Source: a candidate division TA06 bacterium 32_111
Lineage (GTDB): Bacteria; Hydrothermota; 32-111
DNA: 64,000 nt
NCBI GenBank assembly: GCA_001508335.1
Contig: LGFX01000003.1
Span: forward strand, 75,500-139,499
Direction: 5' to 3'
Part shown: in pieces, positions 19,274 through 29,740 of the stretch
Position numbering within the stretch: the stretch's first letter is position 1
How the letters are laid out: each line of letters starts with the position of its first letter
Notes under the pieces: model-generated
Seen by the model: only the letters and a program-made list of their open reading frames with translations
Told to the model about the DNA's origin: nothing
Database searches by the model: none
Translations under genes and position numbers: made by a program

Positions 19274-20929
19274 TTAAAAGTTATATCTTTTTAACCTTAT
19301 TAAAGCATAATTATAAATAATTACAAAAATAAAAAAAGTCAAAAGTGTTATAAAAATTATTGCATAGTAAAATTCACTAAAATTGAAGGGAATCTTTCTG
19401 AAACTTTTTTCAAAATAGTTTTTTACAGGTGTTGAAAGTATTGAGATGGAGATACCTATGTATATTAAAGAAACTATGGCGGAAACTATTCCGCCAAATC
19501 CACTCGCTATCTTCGATGGATTCGTCTCGTTGAAATCTGGTAAAATGGCACCAAATCCAGTGTTGATTATTGTTATCCCGAAAGAGAAGATAAAGGTTAT
19601 TAAAGAGGATAACATTATTATTAAAAGATCCATTTTTAAAAAAATGTTAGTTAAAACAATCAAAAATTCTCCAAGGAATAAGATTATCAAAAAGTTAAAT
19701 ATCAGTTTTGAATTAAAATAGTTTTCCATTCTTATAGAACTCTTTATTATGGAAAAGGTTTTTCCCTCAAGTGATATCAAAGGATAGATGAATCTAACCG
19801 ACAAAGTTGCCATTATATAAGATGAAAAACCAAGGTTGGCAAAGGAGAGAATATAAGTGTAAAATGGGGTTTTAAAATATATGGGACTTCTTATTATACT
19901 GAAAGAGTATATAAAAAGTAAAATCACAAAGATCAAAGATTGTCCCCACTGTGATGGATCCCTAAAAAAAATCACCATATCTTTAACTATAAGAAAGATC
20001 TCTAAATTTTTTGAGAATACCCTTTTTTCAAAAATTTTACTTCTTTCCTTTTTTGAAGAAAGGTTAAAGAGTGAAAACCCTAAATATTTTTTTCTATAAA
20101 TCCTGATCAATACAAAAAGAAAGGAAAATGTTAAAAAAAGATAAAAGGAAAGAAAAAAGTATAAAAGGTTTGAACTTTTTGCATTTATATCGTTAAAAAT
20201 TATTTGCAAAACTATACCACTTGGTAAATATTTGAACTGTTCAACTTCAAGAGAGTTCAAATATTTTGTAACCTCTTGAAGTGTTGCATTCTGGGGAAGG
20301 TTGAAAATATCAGGTTTTACAAAAATGAAAAAGAAAACAAAAAAGAATATCAAAAGGACAAAAATCAAAGTAACTATAAAATTTAAAGAGAATCTTTTGA
20401 AAAGGTCTGAGATCAAAAAAACAACCAGTATTCCAAAAGATGTTGAAATAAAAACCATCAAAATAAAAAGAAAAAGCCATTTTATAAGAAAAATCGTTTC
20501 AACCTTAAAAACATTTGAAATTGAAAATATCAAAGGTAAAGAGATTATTAAGGATGCCCATGAAGCATAGAAACCATTTTCAAAGAGTTTTGAAAAAAAT
20601 ATATGATGTGTTTTTAAAGGAGTAGAAAACAAAAATTCAAGTTCTGGAGTTTTAAAAAAAGTCGATATTGAAGTTATTATTGAACTTGTAAAAAGAAGAA
20701 AAAATATAATAGTAAAAAGCAAAGAACTGATCCTGTAAATAAAACCTTTTCCAATATCCTCAAGGTTCAAAAGATAGTTGAAAACCTTAAAGAAAACAAA
20801 ATAGGTTCCAAAAAGAAAAATAGAAATAACAAAGAAAAAGGTTAAAATCCTTATAAGAGTTTTGAAATCTTTTATGATAAGATACCTTAAAACAATTTTA
20901 CTCTTTAAAGAAAAAAGATCAGTTATCAT
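19274..20929 (-). CDS. ABC transporter permease (ABC-2/exporter-like, about 12 TM)
   Basis: Highly hydrophobic, KD..IFFRD, SLEGK; overlaps the ABC ATPase gene. Confidence 0.8.
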   Translation of the reverse strand: MITDLFSLKSKIVLRYLIIKDFKTLIRILTFFFVISIFLFGTYFVFFKVFNYLLNLEDIGKGFIYRISSLLFTIIFFLLFTSSIITSISTFFKTPELEFLFSTPLKTHHIFFSKLFENGFYASWASLIISLPLIFSISNVFKVETIFLIKWLFLFILMVFISTSFGILVVFLISDLFKRFSLNFIVTLIFVLLIFFFVFFFIFVKPDIFNLPQNATLQEVTKYLNSLEVEQFKYLPSGIVLQIIFNDINAKSSNLLYFFLSFYLFLTFSFLFVLIRIYRKKYLGFSLFNLSSKKERSKIFEKRVFSKNLEIFLIVKDMVIFFRDPSQWGQSLIFVILLFIYSFSIIRSPIYFKTPFYTYILSFANLGFSSYIMATLSVRFIYPLISLEGKTFSIIKSSIRMENYFNSKLIFNFLIILFLGEFLIVLTNIFLKMDLLIIMLSSLITFIFSFGITIINTGFGAILPDFNETNPSKIASGFGGIVSAIVSLIYIGISISILSTPVKNYFEKSFRKIPFNFSEFYYAIIFITLLTFFIFVIIYNYALIRLKRYNF

Positions 20930-21656
20930 TTTTTGTTATCTCTAAAAATAATTCTTCAAGGTTTGATTTCTTTAAACTTTCCTTTAAATTGTCTATTGAA
21001 CCGAAATAAACAAGGTTTCCCTTATCCATTATTCCTATCTTATTACATATCTCTTCCGCAAGAGAAAGAGTGTGTGTTGAAATGAAAAGAATCCTATTAG
21101 AAAAAGAAAACTCTTTAAAGAGATCTTTCACTATCTTTGAACTTTTTGGATCAAGCCCGACCATAGGTTCATCGATCAAAAATATATCCGGTGAATGAAT
21201 AAAACTGCTCGCTATTATTATCCTCTGTTTCATTCCATGAGAATACTCTTCACTTCTAATATCCATATAATCTGAAAATTCAAGTTTTTTTGAATACTCA
21301 TCTATTTTTTTCTCTAAACTCTTCTTATCCATCCCATACAACCTTCCAACAAAATATAAAAACTCTCTTCCTGTAAGTTTATCGTAAAGAAAAGGTGTGT
21401 CTGGAACATACCCTAAACTCCTTTTAAGAGCCTGATCAAAGCCTTTATTACTTTTTCCATTTATAAGTACATCCCCTCCATCATATTCAAGGAGACCTCC
21501 AATACATTTTATTGTTGTAGTTTTTCCAGCACCATTTGGACCAATGAACCCAAATATATCACCGCCTGAAAGTTTGAAACTTATATTGTTAACTGCAGTT
21601 TTTTTCCCATACCTTTTGGTTAAATTTTTAACCTCAAGAATTATTTCTTTTCCCAT
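20919..21656 (-). CDS. ABC transporter ATP-binding protein
   Basis: GPNGAGKTT, YSHGMKQR, IDEPMVGLD, STH; start probably MGKEIIL (ORF track 21671). Confidence 0.95.
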   Translation of the reverse strand: MGKEIILEVKNLTKRYGKKTAVNNISFKLSGGDIFGFIGPNGAGKTTTIKCIGGLLEYDGGDVLINGKSNKGFDQALKRSLGYVPDTPFLYDKLTGREFLYFVGRLYGMDKKSLEKKIDEYSKKLEFSDYMDIRSEEYSHGMKQRIIIASSFIHSPDIFLIDEPMVGLDPKSSKIVKDLFKEFSFSNRILFISTHTLSLAEEICNKIGIMDKGNLVYFGSIDNLKESLKKSNLEELFLEITKNDN

Positions 21657-23220
21657 CCTTTTTTGCTCCAACTTTTTTCATTTTAATTTTTCTTAACTTG
21701 TTTGCGAACCTATGTGCTTCACCTATAATTTTCTTGATCAAAAAGAAAGATGGAGATCTCAAATCCAGCTGTACACTTTTTCCGTCTGGAAAGAAAATTG
21801 TGTTAGTTCTTTTTGCCACAGAAACAAGTTCTATGCTTTTGTTAAGTTCATCAAGAACAAATTTTGCAACACCTATCTGTCCAGGACCACCATCAATTAT
21901 TGCAAGATCGACATCATACTTTTCAAGATACCTTTTAAAGATCTCTCTTATTGAAAGATAATCGTCATTACCTATTTCGTCAAGGTTGTAATATCTGTAA
22001 AAAGATTTTTTTGGTTTTCCATACTCAAAAAAAACAACCGCTCCACTATTCCATCCACCTGAAAGATGTGATATATCAACTCCTATTATGTTTTTGGGAA
22101 GTTCTTTTAAATTTAAACTTTTTTTAAGATCTATAACTGTAGATGGAACATACTCCTTTTTTATATCCTTATAAAGTTGATTATCGGAATTTTCTTTTGC
22201 TATCCTGTATGGTTCCCTATCTATTAAACTTTTTTCTATGTTTACAACCTTTATATTCTTATCTTTAAAAAATTCAAGAAAAGTTTCATCTGAAAAGTTG
22301 AAATCCAAAACCAATGTTGAAAAATTAAAATCTGAAGTTAAGGTGTAGTAATCAAGAACGGTTTCCTTACACACTTCATCTTTTGGCATTTTTTCATTGA
22401 AAGAAAATCTTTTCGTTATTATATCTGAAATGTAATTTTCCCTTATTTTTAGAACTGAAAAAGCTCCACTCTTCTTCTCAAAAGAAAAAGAAATAAGGTC
22501 CCTATTTTGATATCTGAATGTTAATTTTTTCCCCTTCTTTATTTCCCTCTTAATAAAATCTATACTATCCCTTATAAACGCTGCATTTTCAAAATCTTCT
22601 TTCTCCGAAAGTTCATCCATATAACCTTTTAAGAAATCTATCAATCTTTTTGTCCCCCCATTTAGAATTTCCTTAACCTTTTTTATCTTTTCTTCATAAA
22701 CTCTCTTTTCCTCTTCTATCTGACAAACTCCTCCACAGTTTCCCATCTGGTATTCAATACACAATTTTTTTGGATTTTTAGATTTGCATCCTTTCAAAGA
22801 AAAAATTTTATTCAAAGTTTCTATAACATTTTTTACATAGGAAACTTTTGAGAATGGACCAAAAAATGTTCCCTCATCCACTTTATAGGTTAAAGATAAG
22901 GTTGGATATTTTTCCTTCGAAATTTTTATGTAGGGATAGGTGGTTGAATCTTTCAGTTTAACATTGTATTTTGGTTTAAATCTACTTATAAGTTTGAATT
23001 CTAAAAACAAAGCGTTCTTTTGATCTTTTGTTAAAAGGTAATCAACCCTATCAGTTTCCTGCAAGATAAATGGGATCTGTATCCTTTTATCCTGTTCAAA
23101 AAAATATTGTTTAACTCTTTTTTTTATAGAGGATGCTTTTCCTATATATATAACTCTCCCAAACTTATCTTTAAATATATAAACACCCGGTTCATCTGGA
23201 AGATTTTTATAATCAATCAT
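21634..23220 (-). CDS. uvrC: Excinuclease ABC subunit C lacking the C-terminal HhH domain
   Basis: GIY-YIG (PGVYIF...IYIGKA), Cys cluster, UVR domain, RNase H-like GVDISH/IDGGPGQ/EAHRFA, then stop. Confidence 0.92.
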   Translation of the reverse strand: MIDYKNLPDEPGVYIFKDKFGRVIYIGKASSIKKRVKQYFFEQDKRIQIPFILQETDRVDYLLTKDQKNALFLEFKLISRFKPKYNVKLKDSTTYPYIKISKEKYPTLSLTYKVDEGTFFGPFSKVSYVKNVIETLNKIFSLKGCKSKNPKKLCIEYQMGNCGGVCQIEEEKRVYEEKIKKVKEILNGGTKRLIDFLKGYMDELSEKEDFENAAFIRDSIDFIKREIKKGKKLTFRYQNRDLISFSFEKKSGAFSVLKIRENYISDIITKRFSFNEKMPKDEVCKETVLDYYTLTSDFNFSTLVLDFNFSDETFLEFFKDKNIKVVNIEKSLIDREPYRIAKENSDNQLYKDIKKEYVPSTVIDLKKSLNLKELPKNIIGVDISHLSGGWNSGAVVFFEYGKPKKSFYRYYNLDEIGNDDYLSIREIFKRYLEKYDVDLAIIDGGPGQIGVAKFVLDELNKSIELVSVAKRTNTIFFPDGKSVQLDLRSPSFFLIKKIIGEAHRFANKLRKIKMKKVGAKKDGKRNNS

Positions 23221-24310
23221 AGAACTGGTTTATTTTTTCAATTATGTAAAAGACCTCTTCATCCTCAAGTTCTGGATAGATTGGAAGTGATAAAATCTTT
23301 CTTGAAACTTCTTCAGAAACAGGTAAAGAGTACTCTTTTTTTATAATATTTAAAACAGCGTTCTGTTTATGGAGTGGAAGAGGATAGTAAATTGTTGAAT
23401 CAATTCCATTCTCTTTCAAAAAATCTTTTAACTTATCCCTTTTCTCAGTTAAAATTGAGTACTGATGGTATATATGGTAATATCCTTTTTTTTCAAAAGG
23501 CTTTTTGACTTTATCTGTTATTTTTAAATTGTAATTTTTTGCTATCTCCCTTCTTCTTCCATTTATCTGTTCTATCCTTTTCATCTTTAACATAAGCAGT
23601 GCTGCCTGTAAAGTGTCCAACCTTGAGTTATAACCAAGTTCTTCATGTATATATTTTTCGGTTGAACCGTGAACCCTTAAACTTTTTACCTTTCTATAAA
23701 AGTTTTCTGAATCTGTAACAACCATCCCACCATCTCCAGCACATCCAATATTCTTTGTAGGGAAAAAACTTACCGTTCCAGCGATACCGAAATTACCACA
23801 TTTTCTTTCGCCAATCCTTGCACCTAAAGATTGTGCACAATCCTCAATAATCAAAAGTCCATATTTTTTTGCTATCTTCTCTATCCCAACCATATCCGCT
23901 GGATGACCAAATATATGTACGGGGAGAATAGCTTTAGTCTTTTTTGTTATCTTTTTTTCTATCTGGGAAAGATCCATTGTAAAATCATCATAGTTAATAT
24001 CAACAAAAACAGGCACACCTTTAAGTTGGAGAATAGTTTCAACTGTAGCGAAAAATGTGAAAGGAGTAGTAATAACTTCATCTTCCTCCTTTATACCCGC
24101 TGCCTTTAATGATAGCAAAAGTGCATCTGTTCCATTCCCAACACCTATTCCATACTTTACACCAATATATTCTGCAATACTTTTTTCAAGATTTGAAACA
24201 TCTTCCCCCAAAATGAAATTTCCCTTATCAAAGATACTGTTTATAGCATCAACATATTCCTTTCTATACTTTCTATACTCCCTTGTAAGATCAAGCATTT
24301 TAACTCTCAT
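23213..24310 (-). CDS. DegT/DnrJ/EryC1/StrS aminotransferase (WbpE-like)
   Basis: GNGTDAL, IEDCAQS, SFFPTKNIG, GYNSRLD. Confidence 0.93.
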   Translation of the reverse strand: MRVKMLDLTREYRKYRKEYVDAINSIFDKGNFILGEDVSNLEKSIAEYIGVKYGIGVGNGTDALLLSLKAAGIKEEDEVITTPFTFFATVETILQLKGVPVFVDINYDDFTMDLSQIEKKITKKTKAILPVHIFGHPADMVGIEKIAKKYGLLIIEDCAQSLGARIGERKCGNFGIAGTVSFFPTKNIGCAGDGGMVVTDSENFYRKVKSLRVHGSTEKYIHEELGYNSRLDTLQAALLMLKMKRIEQINGRRREIAKNYNLKITDKVKKPFEKKGYYHIYHQYSILTEKRDKLKDFLKENGIDSTIYYPLPLHKQNAVLNIIKKEYSLPVSEEVSRKILSLPIYPELEDEEVFYIIEKINQFYD

Positions 24311-24899
24311 CTAAAAAAACTCCTTCCTTTTTTATTTGATATTTTTTTCCACAGTTGGAACAGGTATATTTTTGTTCCTTCTCAACAGGATATTTTACCC
24401 CTCTCATCTTAAAACCACATTCACACATATATCCAACAATCCTTGCAGGGTTTCCAACAACGATAGCATAATCAGGAACATCCCTTGTTACAACACTGCC
24501 TGCACCAACAAAAGCCCACCTTCCTATAGTTATGCCACAAACTATAGTCGCGTTTGCACCGATGGATGCACCCCTTTTAACTTTAGTTGGAATCCAGTTA
24601 CCATGTTTTGGATATGGTGCTCTCGGGTTTAGATCGTTTGTGAAAACCATTGATGGACCTAAAAAAACATCATCCTCTATTTCAACCATACCGTAAACGG
24701 AAACATTGTTTTGTATTTTAACACCATTCCCTACAACAGCCCTATTTTCAACTGTAACGGACTGTCCAATTGTGCAATTTTTACCTATCTTTGCTCCAGA
24801 CATTATATGTGAGAAGTGCCAAATTTTTGTTCCTTCACCTATTTTAGCACCCTCATCAACATAACTCGATTGATGAACAAAATATTTTTTTTCATCCAT
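24300..24899 (-). CDS. Hexapeptide-repeat sugar N-acetyltransferase (WbpD-like) with C-terminal Zn ribbon
   Basis: IGEGTKIWHFSHI, FTNDLNPRA, GASIGANATIVCG, CECG...CSNCG. Confidence 0.9.
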   Translation of the reverse strand: MDEKKYFVHQSSYVDEGAKIGEGTKIWHFSHIMSGAKIGKNCTIGQSVTVENRAVVGNGVKIQNNVSVYGMVEIEDDVFLGPSMVFTNDLNPRAPYPKHGNWIPTKVKRGASIGANATIVCGITIGRWAFVGAGSVVTRDVPDYAIVVGNPARIVGYMCECGFKMRGVKYPVEKEQKYTCSNCGKKYQIKKEGVFLDES

Positions 24900-25821
24900 T
24901 ATTCAGGTTCTCCTTAAAATATTTTACTGTTTTTTCTATACCTTCATCAAAATCTGTAAAATCTAAATTATAATCCTTTCTTATAAGGGAACTATCAAGA
25001 AGACTTTTAACTATTTCTCCCTTTCTTTTATCTTCAAACTTTGGCTCCAAACTGTATGAAGGAAAATGTTTCCTTATACTTTCAAAAACTTCAAGAACAG
25101 ATTTACTTTTACCAGTTCCAACATTGTATATTTTGTTTTTTCCCTTTTCTAAAGAGAGAATGTTGGCTTCAACAATATCCTGAACGTAAACGTAATCCCT
25201 ATACATCTTTCCGTAACCGTAAAGAGTACATTCAAGATTTTTAATGATTCTATTTATGAATATTGCAACAACTCCAGCCTCTCCCTTTACGGATTGTCTT
25301 TCACCGTAAACGTTCCCATATCTTAATATTGTATAATCGTATCCATAATTTTTACTGAAAAATTTTATATAATACTCTCCAGCATATTTTGAAATTCCAT
25401 AACAGGATTCTGGATTCTTTTCATAATTCTCTCCTACAGGTTTATCAACTTCCCCATATATAGCACCTCCAGATGATGAGAAAATAATCTTTTTCGAATT
25501 GACCTCTTTCATAAGATCAAGAATGTTTATTGTTCCTATGATGTTTATTTTAGCATCCCTTTCTGGTTCTTCAGTTGAAATTCTAACATCTATCTGTGCT
25601 GCAAGATGAAAAATTATCTCCGGCTTAACCTCTTTGAAAACTTTTTTTAAACTCTCTTTATCTGAAATATCACATTTAAAAAATTTAGAATTTTTGTTAA
25701 TATTTCTCTCATCTCCACTTGATAGATCATCAACTATAAAAACCTCTTCTTTTTTTTCTACCAACCTATCAACAAGATTCGATCCAATAAAACCAGCACC
25801 TCCAGTTACAAGAATCCTCAT
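24892..25821 (-). CDS. NAD-dependent epimerase/dehydratase (UDP-glucose 4-epimerase-like)
   Basis: VTGGAGFIGS, HLAAQ, YGISK, RYGNVYG. Confidence 0.92.
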   Translation of the reverse strand: MRILVTGGAGFIGSNLVDRLVEKKEEVFIVDDLSSGDERNINKNSKFFKCDISDKESLKKVFKEVKPEIIFHLAAQIDVRISTEEPERDAKINIIGTINILDLMKEVNSKKIIFSSSGGAIYGEVDKPVGENYEKNPESCYGISKYAGEYYIKFFSKNYGYDYTILRYGNVYGERQSVKGEAGVVAIFINRIIKNLECTLYGYGKMYRDYVYVQDIVEANILSLEKGKNKIYNVGTGKSKSVLEVFESIRKHFPSYSLEPKFEDKRKGEIVKSLLDSSLIRKDYNLDFTDFDEGIEKTVKYFKENLNNG

Positions 25822-27293
25822 AGGTTTACTCCTATTTTAAATTTTATTTCAAAAATATTTCTCTCTTCCCCAACTATATTTTGATAGTTTTTTATATACA
25901 GATCTGAAATATCTAAATTCAAAAAGATTCTCTCTTTAAAAAATTCTCCATAAAAATTTATTCCGTTTTTTAAAGTTGTTTCAACCCTACCAGAAGGAAA
26001 AGGAGGAGAAGTTAAAGGCATCTCACTTTCCCATGAATCGAAAAGATCCCTTGAACCTTTTCTCAAAAAAGAAATGTTATAGCCACTTTTTATTGTTTCA
26101 TTAAACCTATAATCAAATTTGAAGAGAAGAAAATCACCATCCGTTCCAAAAAAATAGGAAATAGGCCTTCTATAATAGGAATAGTTCAACCTATCGAACT
26201 CATGTGTTCCGGTATAGGTGTTTATCCTGCAATATTCCAAACCGAACAGAATTTTTCTTAAATTTTTTGGTGAATAGGTCAAAGAAAAAAGATACCCTAA
26301 CTTGTTTGGAACATAAGAAAATTCTGGTTGATACTGGTAATCATCTATAAAAAGTTCGTTGTAAATTTTAAAACCGAAAAGATCCTCAAAAGTCAAATCA
26401 AAACTCCATATTATGTTATCATCTGAAAAAGAGTTATTTTGAATGATGTAGTAAAAGATTATTGGATTAAGGTATGGTGGTTGAGGCAAATTCGATTGAT
26501 AAATTATCATCTCTTTAAAAGAAAAATTTATATTTTTTGAAATAAAATATTGTAACCTGTGGGTTGACATATATGTGTTATCAGTTCTTTTTTTATCCTT
26601 TAAATAGTAAGGGGTAAGGTAAACCGTAAAATAGAAAAATTTCAATTTTTTAAAATCGTATTCAAAAAGTATTCCATCAAGTGATAAAAGATCTTTTGAA
26701 AAGTAAATGTTGTCGTAAAAACCACCACCCCAAACAGGTTTAATCCTTCCAAAAATCAAATAGTAATCTTTTGAAAATACTCCTAAAAAAGTGTTGTTGA
26801 AATCGGAACCTGTTTTTTCCCAATCTTTCATCCTATAATAGAAAGAATCCCTTTCTACAAATGGAAAAAATAGATCGAAGGATATATTATAAAAAAGGTT
26901 CTTTTTGCTGTTTTTTATCAAAAGGTTTGTATAGGTTATAAGAGAATCCTTAAAGTTGGTAGAATCCAAAACCAGATTGAAATCTGACTGGTTATAAATA
27001 TCGAAATGGTATCTATATTTTGAACTCTTCTTTCCATAGATTGAAAGAAGTTTTTCTATCATAAAAATCTCTTCTTTTGAAAGATCACTTCTTTTTTTTG
27101 CAGATCTCAAATCCTTTAAAAGTTGGTCAACTCTTAAAGGGTAGGTTCTTCCATCAAGATCTATTATATTTTTCTGATACAACTCTTCTATTATTTGACT
27201 TCCATACTCGTTATCAAAAATCAATTCAAAAGAGAAAATCTTTACACAAAACAAGATAATAAAAATAGATAAAAAAATTTTTTTACCATCCAT
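25818..27293 (-). CDS. Wzi-like capsule assembly outer-membrane protein
   Basis: Signal peptide, GR..PVWG, HRL, YLNP, DN, ELFIDD, EY.RI; polysaccharide gene context. Confidence 0.65.
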   Translation of the reverse strand: MDGKKIFLSIFIILFCVKIFSFELIFDNEYGSQIIEELYQKNIIDLDGRTYPLRVDQLLKDLRSAKKRSDLSKEEIFMIEKLLSIYGKKSSKYRYHFDIYNQSDFNLVLDSTNFKDSLITYTNLLIKNSKKNLFYNISFDLFFPFVERDSFYYRMKDWEKTGSDFNNTFLGVFSKDYYLIFGRIKPVWGGGFYDNIYFSKDLLSLDGILFEYDFKKLKFFYFTVYLTPYYLKDKKRTDNTYMSTHRLQYFISKNINFSFKEMIIYQSNLPQPPYLNPIIFYYIIQNNSFSDDNIIWSFDLTFEDLFGFKIYNELFIDDYQYQPEFSYVPNKLGYLFSLTYSPKNLRKILFGLEYCRINTYTGTHEFDRLNYSYYRRPISYFFGTDGDFLLFKFDYRFNETIKSGYNISFLRKGSRDLFDSWESEMPLTSPPFPSGRVETTLKNGINFYGEFFKERIFLNLDISDLYIKNYQNIVGEERNIFEIKFKIGVNL

Positions 27294-28665
27294 TTCCTTT
27301 TAATACCTCAGGTACAGTTTTTAAGATTATAATAAAATCATAGAGTAAAGACCAATTATCTATATACTCCAAATCTTTTTTCATCCATTCAACAAAATCT
27401 ATGTTATTTCTTCCAGATATCTGCCATAAACATGTTAATCCTGGTTTAAAAGATAACCTCCTTCTATGCCAGAAATCATACTCTTTAACTTCTGAAGGAA
27501 GGGGAGGTCTTGGTCCAACAAAACTCATCTCACCTTTTAGAATGTTTATAAGTTGAGGAAGTTCGTCGATACTATATTTCCTTAAAAATCTTCCAAAAGG
27601 GGTTATTCTCGGATCTTTTTCCATTTTAAATACTGGACCATTCATCTGATTCTTCTTTTTCAGAAGGATCTTTCTCTCTTCAGCATCCTTTTCCATGGTT
27701 CTGAATTTTATTATTTTAAAAATCTCTCCATTCATTCCAACCCTTTCCTGAACAAAAAATATTGGCTTTCCGTTTAAAATTAAAACAACCGTTGAAACAA
27801 TTAAAAAGATTGGAGAGAGTAATATTAAAAATAAAAAAGCAAAGATTTTATCGAGGAAATATTTTATTTGCAACTTCTGGTAAATTTCGCTTCTTAAGGT
27901 TGTCATCTCTATAAAGTTGAACTCTTTAAATTTCTCAATATACAAGAAAAATCTTTTAGGATTAAAGAGAGGATCGATATTCAAAAAAACTTTTATTCCA
28001 CTTTCAACTATATTTGTTATCTGCTCGTTAAAATCTTCCAAGTTTTCCTTTTCACTCGAAATAAATAATCCATCAATATGCATACTTTTAAGTTCGTTTA
28101 AAATATCATTTTTTAGATCATCAAGTTTTAAAATTTTTAATATTCTTATACCCCAATCTATATTCTTTTCTATCTGTTCTTTCATCTTTTCAAAATAGTT
28201 CCCATCACCTATCAAAACAATTTTAAAAACATTTTTTCCTTCCCTTACTTTTTTCAATCTATAGTTGTAAAGTATTCTTCTTTCAAAAAGAAGAAGAGAT
28301 GTGTTCAATAATATAAAGATTATTATAAAAACTCTCGAAATTATAAAACCTTTGATCAAAAAAATGAATGTGAATAAAAAGAGTGTTCCATAAAAATTGT
28401 TAACAACAACTTCAAAGAATTCTTTTCTAAAGTAAATTCCCTTAAAAACATCCTCTTCCTTTATCCTTGAATAAAGAAAAAACCAAACAAAAAGTATTAA
28501 AAGAAAAACAATGTTGTAGTACTGAGGGTTATAGCGGAACTCTTCCCCTTTCCATATTATTAAACTTCTCAAAAAGAATGAAAACCAGAAAGAAAAAACT
28601 GTTATAAGAAGATCAAAAATAAGAGTGTATATCTTTTCAGAATCTATCTTTTTTTTGTAAAACAA
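27283..28665 (-). CDS. Undecaprenyl-phosphate sugar phosphotransferase (WcaJ/WbaP family)
   Basis: KFRTM, DPRITPFGRFLRKYSIDELPQL, MSFVGPRP, KPGLTCLWQ. Confidence 0.94.
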   Translation of the reverse strand: MFYKKKIDSEKIYTLIFDLLITVFSFWFSFFLRSLIIWKGEEFRYNPQYYNIVFLLILFVWFFLYSRIKEEDVFKGIYFRKEFFEVVVNNFYGTLFLFTFIFLIKGFIISRVFIIIFILLNTSLLLFERRILYNYRLKKVREGKNVFKIVLIGDGNYFEKMKEQIEKNIDWGIRILKILKLDDLKNDILNELKSMHIDGLFISSEKENLEDFNEQITNIVESGIKVFLNIDPLFNPKRFFLYIEKFKEFNFIEMTTLRSEIYQKLQIKYFLDKIFAFLFLILLSPIFLIVSTVVLILNGKPIFFVQERVGMNGEIFKIIKFRTMEKDAEERKILLKKKNQMNGPVFKMEKDPRITPFGRFLRKYSIDELPQLINILKGEMSFVGPRPPLPSEVKEYDFWHRRRLSFKPGLTCLWQISGRNNIDFVEWMKKDLEYIDNWSLLYDFIIILKTVPEVLKGNGW

Positions 28666-28668
28666 GGT

Positions 28669-29697
28669 TCACTCCACAACATTTTTCATTCTGTTCAACA
28701 TTCTTTTTAAAAAATATAAAAAAAGAAGAAAAACAGAAACAAAATATAAAAAGTATAGGCTGTGTAAATTTAAGAAAAATGAAAGAACTGAAAGAATTGC
28801 AAAATATAGATTTAAAGAGTAAATTATCAGAACACTTTTTATGTGTTTTCCATCATTTCCTTTAATAATATGGTGAATGTGCAGTTTGTCAGGAGCAAAA
28901 ATCTTTTTTCTTCCTAAAATCCTTCTACCAACAGAAAGAAAAAGATCAAGCATTGGATAGGAGAAAAGTATCAAAAAAGATAACCATTCTTCTGGAACGT
29001 GATACATTAAAATCATAATAACCATAGAAAATAATGATCCGAGAAAAAGGCTTCCAGTGTCACCCATAAAAATTTTTGCTGGGTAAAAATTGAAAATCAA
29101 AAAAGCAATAAGTGCTCCAACAGTTGAAAGAAGTATATAGGAGATGTAAAATTTTCCAATAACCAAAGAAAAAATAAAAAGTGGAATAGACAATATTATC
29201 GATATACCAGCACAAAGACCATCAAGTCCATCTACAAAATTTATACTGTTTATTACTAAAGCGAAAAAAATTGCTGAAACAAAAGTTAGAACTGTGTTTG
29301 TTAGGATAAGGTTTCCATATATAATAGCGAGATCGTTTTTGTTCCACAAGAAAAATAGAGTCCCAGCAAAAAGTTGAATGAAAAGTTTTAATTTTGCAGA
29401 GACTCCTTTAACATCATCAAGTATTCCAATAAAAATAAAAAACAGGGAAACGGTGATCATTCTTAAAATTACTTTTTCAAGAGGGGTTATCCCTGATGCA
29501 TCAAGAAGAATAACAGAACCCCAAACACTAGCAAAAAACGCAAGTCCTCCAAGTGTTGGTATATTTTCCGTATGAATTTTTCTATCGTTATCAGGCACAT
29601 CGTGGAAACCGTAATTTAAAGAGAACCTTTTTATACCGTAAGTTAAAATCAAAGAGATTGTAAAAGAGAAGATGAAAATAAAAAAATATAAAAGCAT
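28669..29697 (-). CDS. MraY/WecA-family GlcNAc-1-phosphate transferase
   Basis: KIH..IPTLGG, GILDD, NFVDGLDGL, KIFMGDTGS, DKLHIHH. Confidence 0.93.
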   Translation of the reverse strand: MLLYFFIFIFSFTISLILTYGIKRFSLNYGFHDVPDNDRKIHTENIPTLGGLAFFASVWGSVILLDASGITPLEKVILRMITVSLFFIFIGILDDVKGVSAKLKLFIQLFAGTLFFLWNKNDLAIIYGNLILTNTVLTFVSAIFFALVINSINFVDGLDGLCAGISIILSIPLFIFSLVIGKFYISYILLSTVGALIAFLIFNFYPAKIFMGDTGSLFLGSLFSMVIMILMYHVPEEWLSFLILFSYPMLDLFLSVGRRILGRKKIFAPDKLHIHHIIKGNDGKHIKSVLIIYSLNLYFAILSVLSFFLNLHSLYFLYFVSVFLLFLYFLKRMLNRMKNVVE

Positions 29698-29705
29698 AGA
29701 TTTTA

Positions 29706-29733
29706 ATTATAATATTTATAACCCTTAAGTCAA
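29706..29733 (-). promoter_or_regulatory. Promoter of the polysaccharide/uvrC operon (probably leaderless)
   Basis: TTGACT (29733-29728), 16 nt, TATAAT (29711-29706); ATG 8 nt downstream. Confidence 0.65.
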
Positions 29734-29740
29734 TAAAATA

